45,111 nucleotides of DNA from a virus (lineage: Duplodnaviria > Caudoviricetes), in IMG/VR virus record IMGVR_UViG_3300009103_000056, positions 1-45,111 of that record, one strand, 5' to 3'. A model generated the notes under the pieces. That model was not told where the DNA came from, did no database searches, and saw only the letters and a program-made list of their open reading frames with translations. Within the stretch, counting starts at the first letter, position 1. Each line of letters opens with the position of its first letter. This document shows positions 9,372 through 17,968 of this stretch, in pieces. Both the position numbers and the translations under genes were made by a program.

Positions 9372-10421
9372 TTAGACGGTGATCAGGGTTTCGGAAGCCG
9401 TATCCGACGTCGCGAGCGCGTCGCAGCGCTTGACCGGGATGCCGGCGAACGAGAGCTGCTTGCCGGCCTTGCCGTCGAGCTGCTCCCACGTCAGCGAACT
9501 CTGCTGGATCTCCACCTTCGACTGCTGGCGCAGCTTCGTGATCATGCTGCGGCTCGCGTAAAGGACCGGGCGCCCCACGTTGAGGTTCGGGATCACGTCG
9601 ACCATCTGCAACATGAAGTCGTTGAGGTCGGCGTTGCCGCCCGTGCCGATGCTGGCCGCGCTGATGTCGTCGATCGCCACCTGGAGGCGCGAGACGTAGC
9701 GCCAGTCGCGCACCGTGAGACCGGCGTCCCAGCGGAAGTGCGTCCGGTAGGCTTCGTAGCGTCCGCCCTGGTGCGAGCCCGCGCCGACGTATTCGGCCGC
9801 GTTCTCGACGGTGACCTGACCCTTCGGGGTCATCTTGAGGCCGGCGGCCGACCCCTTCGGGTAGATGCCATGCACGCTGTTGCGACCCCAGACCACGAGG
9901 TAGATCGACTCGTATTGGTCGCCCGAGCCGGCGACCTGCTGGAGGATGTTCTCGCCGTTGTTGGCGGTCTGATCGTTGAACCGCGCATGGAAGCCGGTGA
10001 AGGCTTCGGGCTCGGTCGACTCGTCGCCGCTGAAGAGCGTGTCGGCGATCTCCTGGCTCATGCCCTCCATGTGCGGGCGCGACTCCGAGAGCATGAACTC
10101 GGACGTGTTGCCGTTGAGGTCGGCGAGCGCCACGTCGACCTCGGAGTATGCTTCGAGCATACCGCAGGTGTCGGTGATCTGTGCCGTGGTGCTCTTCGTC
10201 GGCTGCACGCCGCCGTAGAGCTTGCGCCACGTCGGCGCCGGCAGGCCGGTGCGGATCGTCGAGCGGTGACCGGTTTCGAGGTTGCCCTCGATCCAGACCA
10301 TGTCTTCGAGGATCGGGTTGGTCTCTTCGAGGATCTCGGCGATCATGTCGATCTTGCCGTCGGGCTTCATGCGCTTCGTCACGTCGAGAAGCGTCGGATG
10401 GGTTACAGCTAGCGTTGCCAT
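9372..10421 (-). CDS. Major capsid protein (BPP-1 Bbp17-like, HK97 fold)
   Basis: 349 aa; PTLLDVTKR, IRTGLPAPTWRKLYGGV, GLTVRDWRYV and FAGIPVKRCDAL motifs; follows the scaffold gene. Confidence 0.92.
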   Translation of the reverse strand: MATLAVTHPTLLDVTKRMKPDGKIDMIAEILEETNPILEDMVWIEGNLETGHRSTIRTGLPAPTWRKLYGGVQPTKSTTAQITDTCGMLEAYSEVDVALADLNGNTSEFMLSESRPHMEGMSQEIADTLFSGDESTEPEAFTGFHARFNDQTANNGENILQQVAGSGDQYESIYLVVWGRNSVHGIYPKGSAAGLKMTPKGQVTVENAAEYVGAGSHQGGRYEAYRTHFRWDAGLTVRDWRYVSRLQVAIDDISAASIGTGGNADLNDFMLQMVDVIPNLNVGRPVLYASRSMITKLRQQSKVEIQQSSLTWEQLDGKAGKQLSFAGIPVKRCDALATSDTASETLITV

Positions 10422-10430
10422 TAGTCAGAC

Positions 10431-11039
10431 CTAGTTGTGATCAGGAAAAAGGACCTTCGCGGGGTTGCGCTCTCCTGGCGCGTCACCCTGCGCTTCACCA
10501 GCGAGACGATCTTCGCTGATCATCTTGCTGAGCCTGTGGAACACGCGAATAACCTCGACGTGATTCCCCAAGCGGGTCGTCTCTAACAGCTTCACGAACT
10601 CGGGCGCGTTGACCGCAGCAAGCACCTTGCGGGCGCCGTCGAGCGCGCCGTCGAGATGGACCCCACCGACCTCGGTGTCGAGCTTGGTGCTCTTGACCAT
10701 CTCCTCTTGCGCGGCCTCGATGCGCGCGTTGTCGCGCGCCTGCATCACCCCGTAGACCTCGGAGAGCATGCCTTGCGCATTCTCCTGGGTCATGTTGGCC
10801 TTGCGGGCCCACTCCTCGAATGAGGAGATCACCTGCTCGTCGATCGTCGCACCTTCCGGTGCTTCAAACGCGTAGGCTTCGGGCGCACCTTCCGGCGCCG
10901 TCGTCTGTTCGTCTGTCGTTGACGACACGTCACCGGTGTCCTGCGCGCTGCCTTCGGGCTGCGCTGCCAACAGGGTGCCGGTGTCCTCGTTCGCTCCGCC
11001 TTCTTGGATTGGTTGTTCGGCTTCGCTACTTGCTGTCAT
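10431..11039 (-). CDS. Capsid scaffolding/assembly protein
   Basis: Acidic disordered N-terminus, APEAYAF, LGNHVEVIRVFHRLSKMISED; upstream of the capsid gene. Confidence 0.8.
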   Translation of the reverse strand: MTASSEAEQPIQEGGANEDTGTLLAAQPEGSAQDTGDVSSTTDEQTTAPEGAPEAYAFEAPEGATIDEQVISSFEEWARKANMTQENAQGMLSEVYGVMQARDNARIEAAQEEMVKSTKLDTEVGGVHLDGALDGARKVLAAVNAPEFVKLLETTRLGNHVEVIRVFHRLSKMISEDRLAGEAQGDAPGERNPAKVLFPDHN

Positions 11040-11346
11040 CTGTCATCTCCACGTTCTCTTCTGTCATCTTGAGCCAGAGGTCGGGGCACAGCCGGGAAGC
11101 CATCGCGAAGAGCTTGCGCCCCACGCTCTGCTTACCGACTTGGTTGGACATCACCGAGGTGTTTGCCGAGAACGGATCGGCCCCAAACCCTGAGTCGCGC
11201 AGTAGGCGCCACACGAAGCAGCGCCCTCGCGGCTCCTGCATCAGCCAGACGAAGTCTTTGTCCTCGGTCTCGGCTTCCCAACGCAGCCGCTTCTTGCGAG
11301 CGGCTTCGCGCTGGTCTGCTGCACGGAGGTCCGTAGGGTTCGCCAT
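11026..11346 (-). CDS. Bbp19-like conserved head-module protein
   Basis: DFVWLMQEPRGRCFVWRLL...GKQSVG motif; lies before the scaffold gene. Confidence 0.75.
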   Translation of the reverse strand: MANPTDLRAADQREAARKKRLRWEAETEDKDFVWLMQEPRGRCFVWRLLRDSGFGADPFSANTSVMSNQVGKQSVGRKLFAMASRLCPDLWLKMTEENVEMTDDSK

Positions 11347-11352
11347 GCGCGA

Positions 11353-11387
11353 AACCTACCGAGAGGTCTGCGCCTTACGGGCACTAC
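11353..11387 (-). promoter_or_regulatory. Putative late promoter A: GTAGTGCCCGTAAG-N15-TAGGTT-N6-ATG
   Basis: The 14-bp box (11374-11387) is identical to 20958-20971, with the same 15-nt spacing to a TAGGYT hexamer. Confidence 0.7.
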
Positions 11388-11425
11388 CTCGCAACCTTTT
11401 GGGGTAGGACCCTCAGCTAGGCCCG

Positions 11426-13573
11426 TCAGGAAGTCAAGTCCTCGGGGTCGGTGGAAGGTTCAAACACGACACCAGACTCGATCTGATCGTCTTCGACCCA
11501 TGGGAGCTTGGTCTCGTCGAGGTAGTGGTGCTTCGAGTTGCCTGCCCCCGGTGTCCGGGTCAGCGCATCGCCGAGCATCACGCACGCCACCTCTGTTCGG
11601 TCCTTCGAGCACCCGCCCGGCAACGTCGCACTCATCAGTGCGCGCAGGTCCCGCGTGCCGACCCCTTGGCGTTCGCGCAGGATCTTCACCAACGCCAGGG
11701 CGTCGTCGGTCTTGCGTTTCTCGACCCTGGCGGTGTTCTCCGCCTCCTTGCTGGTCGAAGCGATCTCGGTGTCGTTGTCCTCGGTCAGGGTCTGCCGGCC
11801 GCGGTCGATGCGCAGCAGAATGCCTTGGTCCTCGCCCCGAGTCCGGGGTCCGAGCTTGTTCTTGACCACCCGCACCTCGGTGAGGTCGACCTCACCGGGC
11901 ACAGCCCGCATCGCGAGCAACACACGCGCCGAGTATTCGATCGCGCCGCTCTCCTTGCCGGACGCCATATCATCGATCCGCTTGTCGGGGTCACGGTAGG
12001 CTGCCCGGCTCATCTCGCTGGTGACCAGCACCATCAGCCGAAATCGGTCAGCCACAGCGCGGAGTGCTGCCACGCGCTCGGTTACGTTCTCATATCGCGA
12101 GCCCTTCTCGTTCTGCTCCTGCTCACACGTCGCGGTTTGCAGAGAGTCGACCACCAGGACCGCGCGCCTATCGCCAGCGCGCTGGCGCAGAGCGGCTGCG
12201 GCGGCCTCAACCGTGAACTCGGGTCCGTAGAACCGAATCGGCAAATCCGCCACTTGTCTCTTCATCTCGTCGAGCTGCACCGCGTCGCGCTCCTCGCATT
12301 GTGTCCTCATCCACCCGCGGCGCTGCATGAGACGGCCCATCAGGTCTCCGTCCTCCTCATCGATTGCGAACATGCCGCACACGATCCCGCGCTGCGCGTA
12401 GGTGTCGACGATCTGCGTCACGAGCGCGGTCTTGCCGGCGTCGGGTCCGCCGTTGATGTAAACGCGACAAGGGAACGTCGGACCCCCACCGGTGGCCTCG
12501 TCAAGTGCCGCGATGCCGGTCGGCTCGTGGTGTAGAGGCCCCTCCTCGCGCCACCGCTCGATCACGTCCTCGGGCGACGTGCCGGGCATCCCGTCGTCGC
12601 CGCTCGGCAATGCGTCGAACACCGCTGCGGCGTTGGTGGTCTTCGCTGCCGCACGCATGACGTCACGCTCGACCCACGACGCGCGCGTGTATTTCGTCGC
12701 GTCCGCGGAGTCGTCGACTCGCCCGTCGCCCCAAGCGGTGTGACCGAGCAGGAACTCGGCCGCCGCAGCGCCGTGCCCTTCCGCCGCGCGCAGCGCATGA
12801 CCTGCCAGCACATGGAACGCTTCGCTCGCGGACTTCCGCTTGAGAACACGCTTCCAGTGACCGTCGATCAAGTCACGCCCGCTCGGCTGCCGCTCGACGC
12901 GGTCGAGGATAGTCGACATCGCTGGCGCGTCCCCGTCGCCGACGGGCATCTCGATGCGACCGCGCAGCGCCCCCTCGCGCAGACCGAAGCGGTCGACCAG
13001 CCAGTCGAGGTCATCGAAAATCACCGGCGCGGTGCGGCAGTCGTCGAGCGGGACGCCAGTGACCGTCACATACTGCGGGACACCGAGGCCAAAGATCTGT
13101 AGCTCCGCCTTCTTGGCGACGCCCGGTGGTGAGTCCTCCGCCACGGGCACCTTCACGCGACCGAGCTTACCGGGCAGCTTGCGCACCGCGAGCCAGATAC
13201 GCACCCCGTAGCCGCTCGGTGTGATCTCGGTGTAGGTCCGATTGTAGTGATCGTAGATCTCCTGCGCCCAGGGCACGAGCACGTCGGTGAGGCAAGCGTC
13301 GAGGTCGAGTGCGAGGACGTAGATCTTCTCGCCGTTATGCTCCGCCTCGACGGCACCAGTAGTCACGAAGCCGATGCCCTGCGCGGATTCTCGCGGGAGC
13401 GTCTTGACCTCGTCCCACGCGTCGCACGCTTCAAGGTTGATCGTAGACCGATCAGGGACCTTGGTCAGCTTGCCCCCCGGCTTGCGGGCAAGTTTCCAGG
13501 TGATCCAGCGGGGCTGACGTTGAAGGACGAGCGGAATCCGCTCCTTGCGGGTAGTATGCTCTGTCATGTGCAT
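11426..13573 (-). CDS. Primase-helicase: NrS-1-like AEP prim-pol domain fused to a DnaB/RecA-like SF4 helicase
   Basis: N-terminal RWITWK...TKVP, GIGFV, ALDLDAC, YTEITPSGYGVRIW. C-terminal PTGIAALDEATGG, Walker A GGPDAGKT, Walker B VVDSLQ, KESGAIEYSA and VKNKLG. Confidence 0.85.
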   Translation of the reverse strand: MHMTEHTTRKERIPLVLQRQPRWITWKLARKPGGKLTKVPDRSTINLEACDAWDEVKTLPRESAQGIGFVTTGAVEAEHNGEKIYVLALDLDACLTDVLVPWAQEIYDHYNRTYTEITPSGYGVRIWLAVRKLPGKLGRVKVPVAEDSPPGVAKKAELQIFGLGVPQYVTVTGVPLDDCRTAPVIFDDLDWLVDRFGLREGALRGRIEMPVGDGDAPAMSTILDRVERQPSGRDLIDGHWKRVLKRKSASEAFHVLAGHALRAAEGHGAAAAEFLLGHTAWGDGRVDDSADATKYTRASWVERDVMRAAAKTTNAAAVFDALPSGDDGMPGTSPEDVIERWREEGPLHHEPTGIAALDEATGGGPTFPCRVYINGGPDAGKTALVTQIVDTYAQRGIVCGMFAIDEEDGDLMGRLMQRRGWMRTQCEERDAVQLDEMKRQVADLPIRFYGPEFTVEAAAAALRQRAGDRRAVLVVDSLQTATCEQEQNEKGSRYENVTERVAALRAVADRFRLMVLVTSEMSRAAYRDPDKRIDDMASGKESGAIEYSARVLLAMRAVPGEVDLTEVRVVKNKLGPRTRGEDQGILLRIDRGRQTLTEDNDTEIASTSKEAENTARVEKRKTDDALALVKILRERQGVGTRDLRALMSATLPGGCSKDRTEVACVMLGDALTRTPGAGNSKHHYLDETKLPWVEDDQIESGVVFEPSTDPEDLTS

Positions 13574-13671
13574 GGTTTCTCTTTGGGGGTAGCCATCAGT
13601 GTCGCAGCGTCCGGTCCTCGGTAGCCAGGAGGTCGGGCGCTGTCTTTTTGTCTAGCGCCAATGTGCGGGTG

Positions 13672-13700
13672 TTGCAAGGACGTTCCATTGACGGTAGGCT
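13672..13700 (+). promoter_or_regulatory. Sigma70-type promoter, probably leaderless, for the helicase gene
   Basis: TTGCAA-N17-TAGGCT-N6-ATG(13707); no SD sequence. Confidence 0.6.
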
Positions 13701-13706
13701 ACAGGT

Positions 13707-15056
13707 ATGGACCTCTACCCATTCCAGAAGGCCGGCGCAGAGTGGCTCAGCACCAAGACGCACGGCGGTTTGTTCGACGATCAGGGTCTCGGTAAAACTG
13801 CGCAGGCGATCGTCGCCGCCGACAGGGTCAACGCCAAGACCATACTGGTGGTGGCCCCGAGCGTGGTGACCCACAACTGGAAGCGTGAGTTCGGCATGTG
13901 GGCCGACTGCGCGTCGGTGCAGGTGATCAGCACCGGCCGCGACAAGATCAACGCGCAGAACTACCGCGTCGTCGTGGTGCCGCACGCGCTGCTGATTCGC
14001 GACGCGATCATGTCGCAGCTGCTGCGTGTCCGCTGGGACGTGTGCATTGTCGACGAGGCGCACGCGTTCAAGAACCCGAAGGCCAAGCGGACCAAGGCGC
14101 TGTTCTCACTGCGCGATGACGTGGCGGCCGTGTCGACGGTGTGCCGTCGCATGTGGTTGCTGACCGGCACGCCGATGCCGAACAATCCGACCGAGCTGTG
14201 GACGATGCTCCGCGCGCTGTCGCCGGCAAGTATCGCCAAGCCGTTCGACGCGGCCGTCGAGCTTGAGCCGCGACCGATGAACTGGTTCGAGTTCCGCCGC
14301 AAGTTCTGCGAGCTGCAACCGTCGAGCTACGGCGACGGGTGGAAGGTCACCGGCGCGAAGAACACCGACCTGCTGCGCGACGTGGTGTCCGACTTCTCAC
14401 TGCGTCGCCTGAAGAAGAACGTCCTCGACCTGCCGCCGATCCGCTTCGGCACGCTGACTGTCACCGGCGACCTGCCGGCCGAGCTGCTGAAGATCGAAGA
14501 GAAGATCGCGCACCTGAAGGGCATGCACGGCGTCGACATGATGGAAGCTCTGCGCGACGTGGTCGAGTTCTCGACGTGGCGTCGCCTGTGCGGCATCGCC
14601 AAGGCGCAGAGCGCCGGCGAGCTGTTGGTCGAGGAGCTGCAAGCTGACCCGACGAAGAAGCTCGTCGTGTTCGCGCACCACAAGGAAGTGGTCGAGTCGA
14701 TCCTCGCGCAGGTCGTGCTCGGCGGCGTCGGCGTCGTCACCGTCGTCGGTTCGATGGATGCCGAGGCGCGTGCGCGCGCCGTCGACTCGTTCCAGAAGGA
14801 CCCGACCACGCGCGTCTGCCTGTGCAACATCGTCGCCGGCGGCGTCGGCATCACGCTGACCGCAGCGAGCGACGTGGTCTTCGTCGAGCAGTCGTTTGTG
14901 CCGGGTGACAACGCCCAGGCCGCCGACCGCTGCTACCGCATCGGCCAGGACAAGTCTGTCCTGGTGCGGAACCTCGCGCTCGCCGGCAGCGTCGACGAGC
15001 TGCTGACCGAGATCCTCGCGCGCAAGACCGAGATGATCAGGAAGGTGATCCAGTAG
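13707..15056 (+). CDS. SNF2-family (SF2) helicase
   Basis: LYPFQ, DDQGLGKT, IVDEAH, LTGTPMPN, GVGITLTAA, QAADRCYRIGQ. Confidence 0.95.
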   Translation: MDLYPFQKAGAEWLSTKTHGGLFDDQGLGKTAQAIVAADRVNAKTILVVAPSVVTHNWKREFGMWADCASVQVISTGRDKINAQNYRVVVVPHALLIRDAIMSQLLRVRWDVCIVDEAHAFKNPKAKRTKALFSLRDDVAAVSTVCRRMWLLTGTPMPNNPTELWTMLRALSPASIAKPFDAAVELEPRPMNWFEFRRKFCELQPSSYGDGWKVTGAKNTDLLRDVVSDFSLRRLKKNVLDLPPIRFGTLTVTGDLPAELLKIEEKIAHLKGMHGVDMMEALRDVVEFSTWRRLCGIAKAQSAGELLVEELQADPTKKLVVFAHHKEVVESILAQVVLGGVGVVTVVGSMDAEARARAVDSFQKDPTTRVCLCNIVAGGVGITLTAASDVVFVEQSFVPGDNAQAADRCYRIGQDKSVLVRNLALAGSVDELLTEILARKTEMIRKVIQ

Positions 15057-15060
15057 ACAG

Positions 15061-15117
15061 CAAGTTACAAACCTGTTACAAGTTGGTAGTTTACATCAAG
15101 CTACAAACGGTTACAAT
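15061..15117 (+). repeat. AT-rich array of five TACA-core repeats overlapping a TTTACA-N16-TACAAT promoter
   Basis: caagttacaaacctgttacaa (15061-15081) resembles caagctacaaacggttacaa (15097-15116). TACA cores at 15066, 15077, 15092, 15102 and 15112. Confidence 0.65.
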
Positions 15118-15122
15118 GGAGG

Positions 15123-15157
15123 GTGCGCGAGCGGGGCTGCCGCTCGGCACTTTCTTT
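15123..15157 (+). terminator. Intrinsic terminator-like hairpin
   Basis: gtgc(g)cgagcgg-ggctg-ccgctcggcac followed by tttcttt. Confidence 0.6.
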
Positions 15158-15173
15158 GACAACGGAGTTTCCC

Positions 15174-15476
15174 ATGGCGACGAAGACTCGCCTGCCGGCC
15201 GCACTGGCCGATCTTCCCGAGAAGCCGGTCCACGGCAACTACATCTGCTCCGGCCACCATCGGTGGTCGCACGCGGAGGACCTGTCGACGGCCTACCGGA
15301 TCTGGCGCAGGAGCCTGACCCCAGGTTCCTGCTACTGCCCGGCCACCAGCACGGCGGGCATCCTCGCCGGCCTCGCCATCTGTGACGCGAGCGACGACTT
15401 CCAAATCTCGCACGTCACCGGTGGCGTCACGGCCAGCAAGGGCACGGTCCCCTTCAAGGGGTCCGACTACGACTGA
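15174..15476 (+). CDS. Hypothetical protein, moron-like (100 aa, His/Cys-containing)
   Basis: ATG at 15174 after GGAG; flanked by a promoter array upstream and a terminator downstream. Confidence 0.65.
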   Translation: MATKTRLPAALADLPEKPVHGNYICSGHHRWSHAEDLSTAYRIWRRSLTPGSCYCPATSTAGILAGLAICDASDDFQISHVTGGVTASKGTVPFKGSDYD

Positions 15477-15480
15477 CCGT

Positions 15481-15510
15481 TAGCCCGCCCCCTCCGGGGG
15501 CGGGCTATTT
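15481..15510. terminator. Hairpin terminator between convergent genes
   Basis: Perfect 12-bp inverted repeat tagcccgccccc-tcc-gggggcgggcta followed by ttt. Confidence 0.85.
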
Positions 15511-15511
15511 A

Positions 15512-15814
15512 TCACGCTGGCGCGGAGCCCTTGCGGGCGTTGACTCCGCCGCGCCAAATGCGGATCCCGAAGAACCCGAGCACAAGCGTCGCCGCCGCCT
15601 CGCCCACGTCAACCAGCCACGACCAGTCGCCGCCCGCGATGCCATGCAAGGCAGCCATCACAAGATCAAGTTGCGCCTGCGTCATGTGACCAGCGGCAAC
15701 TTGCTCTGACAGCACTTCGGAAACCGTCGCGACATGTTCGCCGACAAGCGAGCAACCGGCGAGGCAAAGACAGCCGGCGATGATGCCGGCTCCGATCAAG
15801 ACGTTCTTCTTCAT
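15512..15814 (-). CDS. Lipoprotein with a C-terminal hydrophobic segment; candidate unimolecular spanin (100 aa)
   Basis: MKKNVLIGAGIIAGCLCLAG-C lipobox; C-terminal AAATLVLGFFGI followed by a basic tail; ATGA-coupled start at 15814. Confidence 0.55.
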   Translation of the reverse strand: MKKNVLIGAGIIAGCLCLAGCSLVGEHVATVSEVLSEQVAAGHMTQAQLDLVMAALHGIAGGDWSWLVDVGEAAATLVLGFFGIRIWRGGVNARKGSAPA

Positions 15815-16146
15815 GGCTTCGGTGGGTAGTGACGCTGCATCAAAAGGACCAGCTGCCGGTGGTGCTCCATGGCTTTCAGCATCCCGGTCTCGCCAGCACC
15901 GACGATAGGCGTGGTGACGACATGATCGACCCCATCTTCGTCGGTCCATGACGAGGAGATCGTCGGCGGTGCTGCCGGACCTTGCGTGGCCCGCGAGGCG
16001 ATCCGCACCTCGCCGATATCGCGATCGAAGACAACGGCGGCGATGCTGCCATCGGCCAACACATGCAGGCCGAGCGGGATCTGCTCCTGTGCGCGTGGCA
16101 GCGCGGCGAGCAGCACAAAGACAAGGGAGAGCAGGATGTTTCTCAT
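15811..16146 (-). CDS. Secreted protein with a signal peptide
   Basis: MRNILLSLVFVLLAALPRA/QEQ; upstream TCGACA-N18-TAGTCT-N6-ATG. Confidence 0.7.
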   Translation of the reverse strand: MRNILLSLVFVLLAALPRAQEQIPLGLHVLADGSIAAVVFDRDIGEVRIASRATQGPAAPPTISSSWTDEDGVDHVVTTPIVGAGETGMLKAMEHHRQLVLLMQRHYPPKP

Positions 16147-16191
16147 GGGGATAGACTAAAGGTTGCCCCGAGGAGTTGTCGATAGGGGGAC

Positions 16192-16413
16192 ATGATCAAC
16201 GCTCCAGACCCTATCCGCGAAGCATACTGCCGGCGCCTGCTCCGCATCTCGAAGGACCTCGAACTCATCGCGCGCCTGGGTCGCCCTTGGCTGCGCGGGT
16301 CGGATGAGCTTGCAGGGCTTTGGGATATCAGTCGCGCCGCAAGGTTGCTCGCCGAGGCATTCGACTCAAAGCCGTGCGAGCCACCCGCTGTGCCCGACGC
16401 ATGGGCCGAGTAG
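16192..16413 (+). CDS. Hypothetical protein (73 aa)
   Basis: ATG after AGGGGGA; fills the gap between minus-strand genes. Confidence 0.4.
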   Translation: MINAPDPIREAYCRRLLRISKDLELIARLGRPWLRGSDELAGLWDISRAARLLAEAFDSKPCEPPAVPDAWAE

Positions 16414-16460
16414 ACGATAAGGACGAGGTCTCGGCTTCGGCTTCGGCTTCGGTTTCTTCT

Positions 16461-16556
16461 TCATTGCTTCTTCTCCCGGCCATAGACACACCCCACGACA
16501 TATAGCGCGGCGATGATGCCGATCGCGGTGACGAAAGCGGTCATAGGCCAGTCCAT
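16461..16556 (-). CDS. Small single-TM protein (31 aa, MDWPMTAFVTAIGIIAALYVVGCVYGREKKQ); holin/antiholin-like candidate
   Basis: Translated by hand; starts 3 nt after the upstream stop; one TM helix followed by a charged tail. Confidence 0.5.
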   Translation of the reverse strand: MDWPMTAFVTAIGIIAALYVVGCVYGREKKQ

Positions 16557-16559
16557 GGA

Positions 16560-16853
16560 TCACCTCGTCGCCAGCAGTAGTGCGGCGATCCCCGGCAGGA
16601 TGCCGCCGAGCAGACCCCATGCACCGGCCTTGATCTTGAGCGACACGAGATCATGCTCGGCACGCCGGATCTGGTCGTCGATCTTGTCGATGCGTGCGCC
16701 GATGCGATCACACCGTTCTTGCGCGGCGCGACCACGCTCTTCGAGGAGCATGAGCCGGCCTTCGTGGTCTTGAATGGCTGACGATAGATCATGGGTTCGC
16801 TTTCGCAGCGACTCCATCCATTCGGTCGTGGGGTCTGTCATCTCGATGTTCAT
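16560..16853 (-). CDS. Coiled-coil protein with a C-terminal TM (XhlA/holin-like)
   Basis: ATG at 16853 overlaps the fibre gene stop; heptad region followed by AGAWGLLGGILPGIAALLLA. Confidence 0.65.
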   Translation of the reverse strand: MNIEMTDPTTEWMESLRKRTHDLSSAIQDHEGRLMLLEERGRAAQERCDRIGARIDKIDDQIRRAEHDLVSLKIKAGAWGLLGGILPGIAALLLATR

Positions 16854-17968
16854 CTCGCTGCACTCCTCGTTGCGGAAAAGCGGTGCCAGTCGATCCAAAG
16901 CTCGCGCTGTGTGGTGCCCGCCGACTTGTAGATCTTCAACCCGAGCCCCATACGCTGCGAGGTTGTCGGGATGTTCGTCGTGTGCGTGGCCTTGAGGACA
17001 CCGTCGATATAGAAGCGCACCTCGGCCCGGTCCTGATCGCATTCGACCCGCAGGATCTGAAACGCGGACGTGCCCGGAGCGGTAGAGGTCACGGTCTTCG
17101 TTTCCGAGTCCGCGCTTCGGGTCTGCGCCACCCAGAAGTCGCCGTCTGTGGCGGTCCGGTAGATCCAGGCAGCCGCATCATTGTGCTCGACGTTGTTGCC
17201 CCAATCGTCCCCGAACCCGATCACAACCACGAAGTTCTCGGTCTCTGTGGCCAATGCCTGCAACATGACACGAGCCTCGAATACAAAGTCCGCCTGACCC
17301 AGCACGATCGCGTTGTTCCACGTCGTCAACGCATAGCGCCCGCTCGTCCCCGTGCCCGTGCGCAACTCGACGATGCCGATCGCGTTTGTCGTCGTGTTGA
17401 CGTCTTCGTAGTGCTGGCCGATGCTGCCACCACTGGAACTGCTGCCCCAGCCGTTTTGTGATGAGCCCGACACGAGGTAATCGCAGAACCAGACGCTACT
17501 CTGTTCCGTGTTGCCGACGTCCAGAACCTGACGCGCTTCCTCTGGCGTGAGAGCGTCGACCGCGCCACCTGTCGCGGTTCGACCCAGCACGGTGTTTGCA
17601 TCAATGTCGTCGAGATCGATTGAGCTGATACCGAGCAAAACCTTGGACTGAGCCAAGGTGACCCTCTCCCACGCGCCACCACCGCTACTATTGCGCGCGA
17701 TGAAGTCGCCCTGAACGAGCGCGCCGCCGAGCGTATCTTCGAGCGAGCTGAGGCCGAGCGTTGTGCGCTGCTCTTCGTTAGACGCGTCGTCTAGCAGCAC
17801 AAGCCCTGCATACGTCACACCCTCATCCATGCCGACGCGGTAATCGTGCGCGCGGCGACCTCCCTCGGCGTTCCCTGGCGCACGCTCCTCTTGCAGATGT
17901 CGACCAGCCATGTCGAATCGGCGCCGCTGCCCCGGCGCACGAGGTTGCTGGAGCCCGCGGCGGGTCAT
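16850..17968 (-). CDS. Putative short fibre/spike with a C-terminal ConA/lectin-like beta-sandwich
   Basis: Fibre-shaft-like segments (LLDDASNEEQRTTLGL, NTVLGRTATGGAVDALT); C-terminal FEARV...VRFYIDGVLKATHTTNIP...LWIDW. Confidence 0.6.
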   Translation of the reverse strand: MTRRGLQQPRAPGQRRRFDMAGRHLQEERAPGNAEGGRRAHDYRVGMDEGVTYAGLVLLDDASNEEQRTTLGLSSLEDTLGGALVQGDFIARNSSGGGAWERVTLAQSKVLLGISSIDLDDIDANTVLGRTATGGAVDALTPEEARQVLDVGNTEQSSVWFCDYLVSGSSQNGWGSSSSGGSIGQHYEDVNTTTNAIGIVELRTGTGTSGRYALTTWNNAIVLGQADFVFEARVMLQALATETENFVVVIGFGDDWGNNVEHNDAAAWIYRTATDGDFWVAQTRSADSETKTVTSTAPGTSAFQILRVECDQDRAEVRFYIDGVLKATHTTNIPTTSQRMGLGLKIYKSAGTTQRELWIDWHRFSATRSAAR

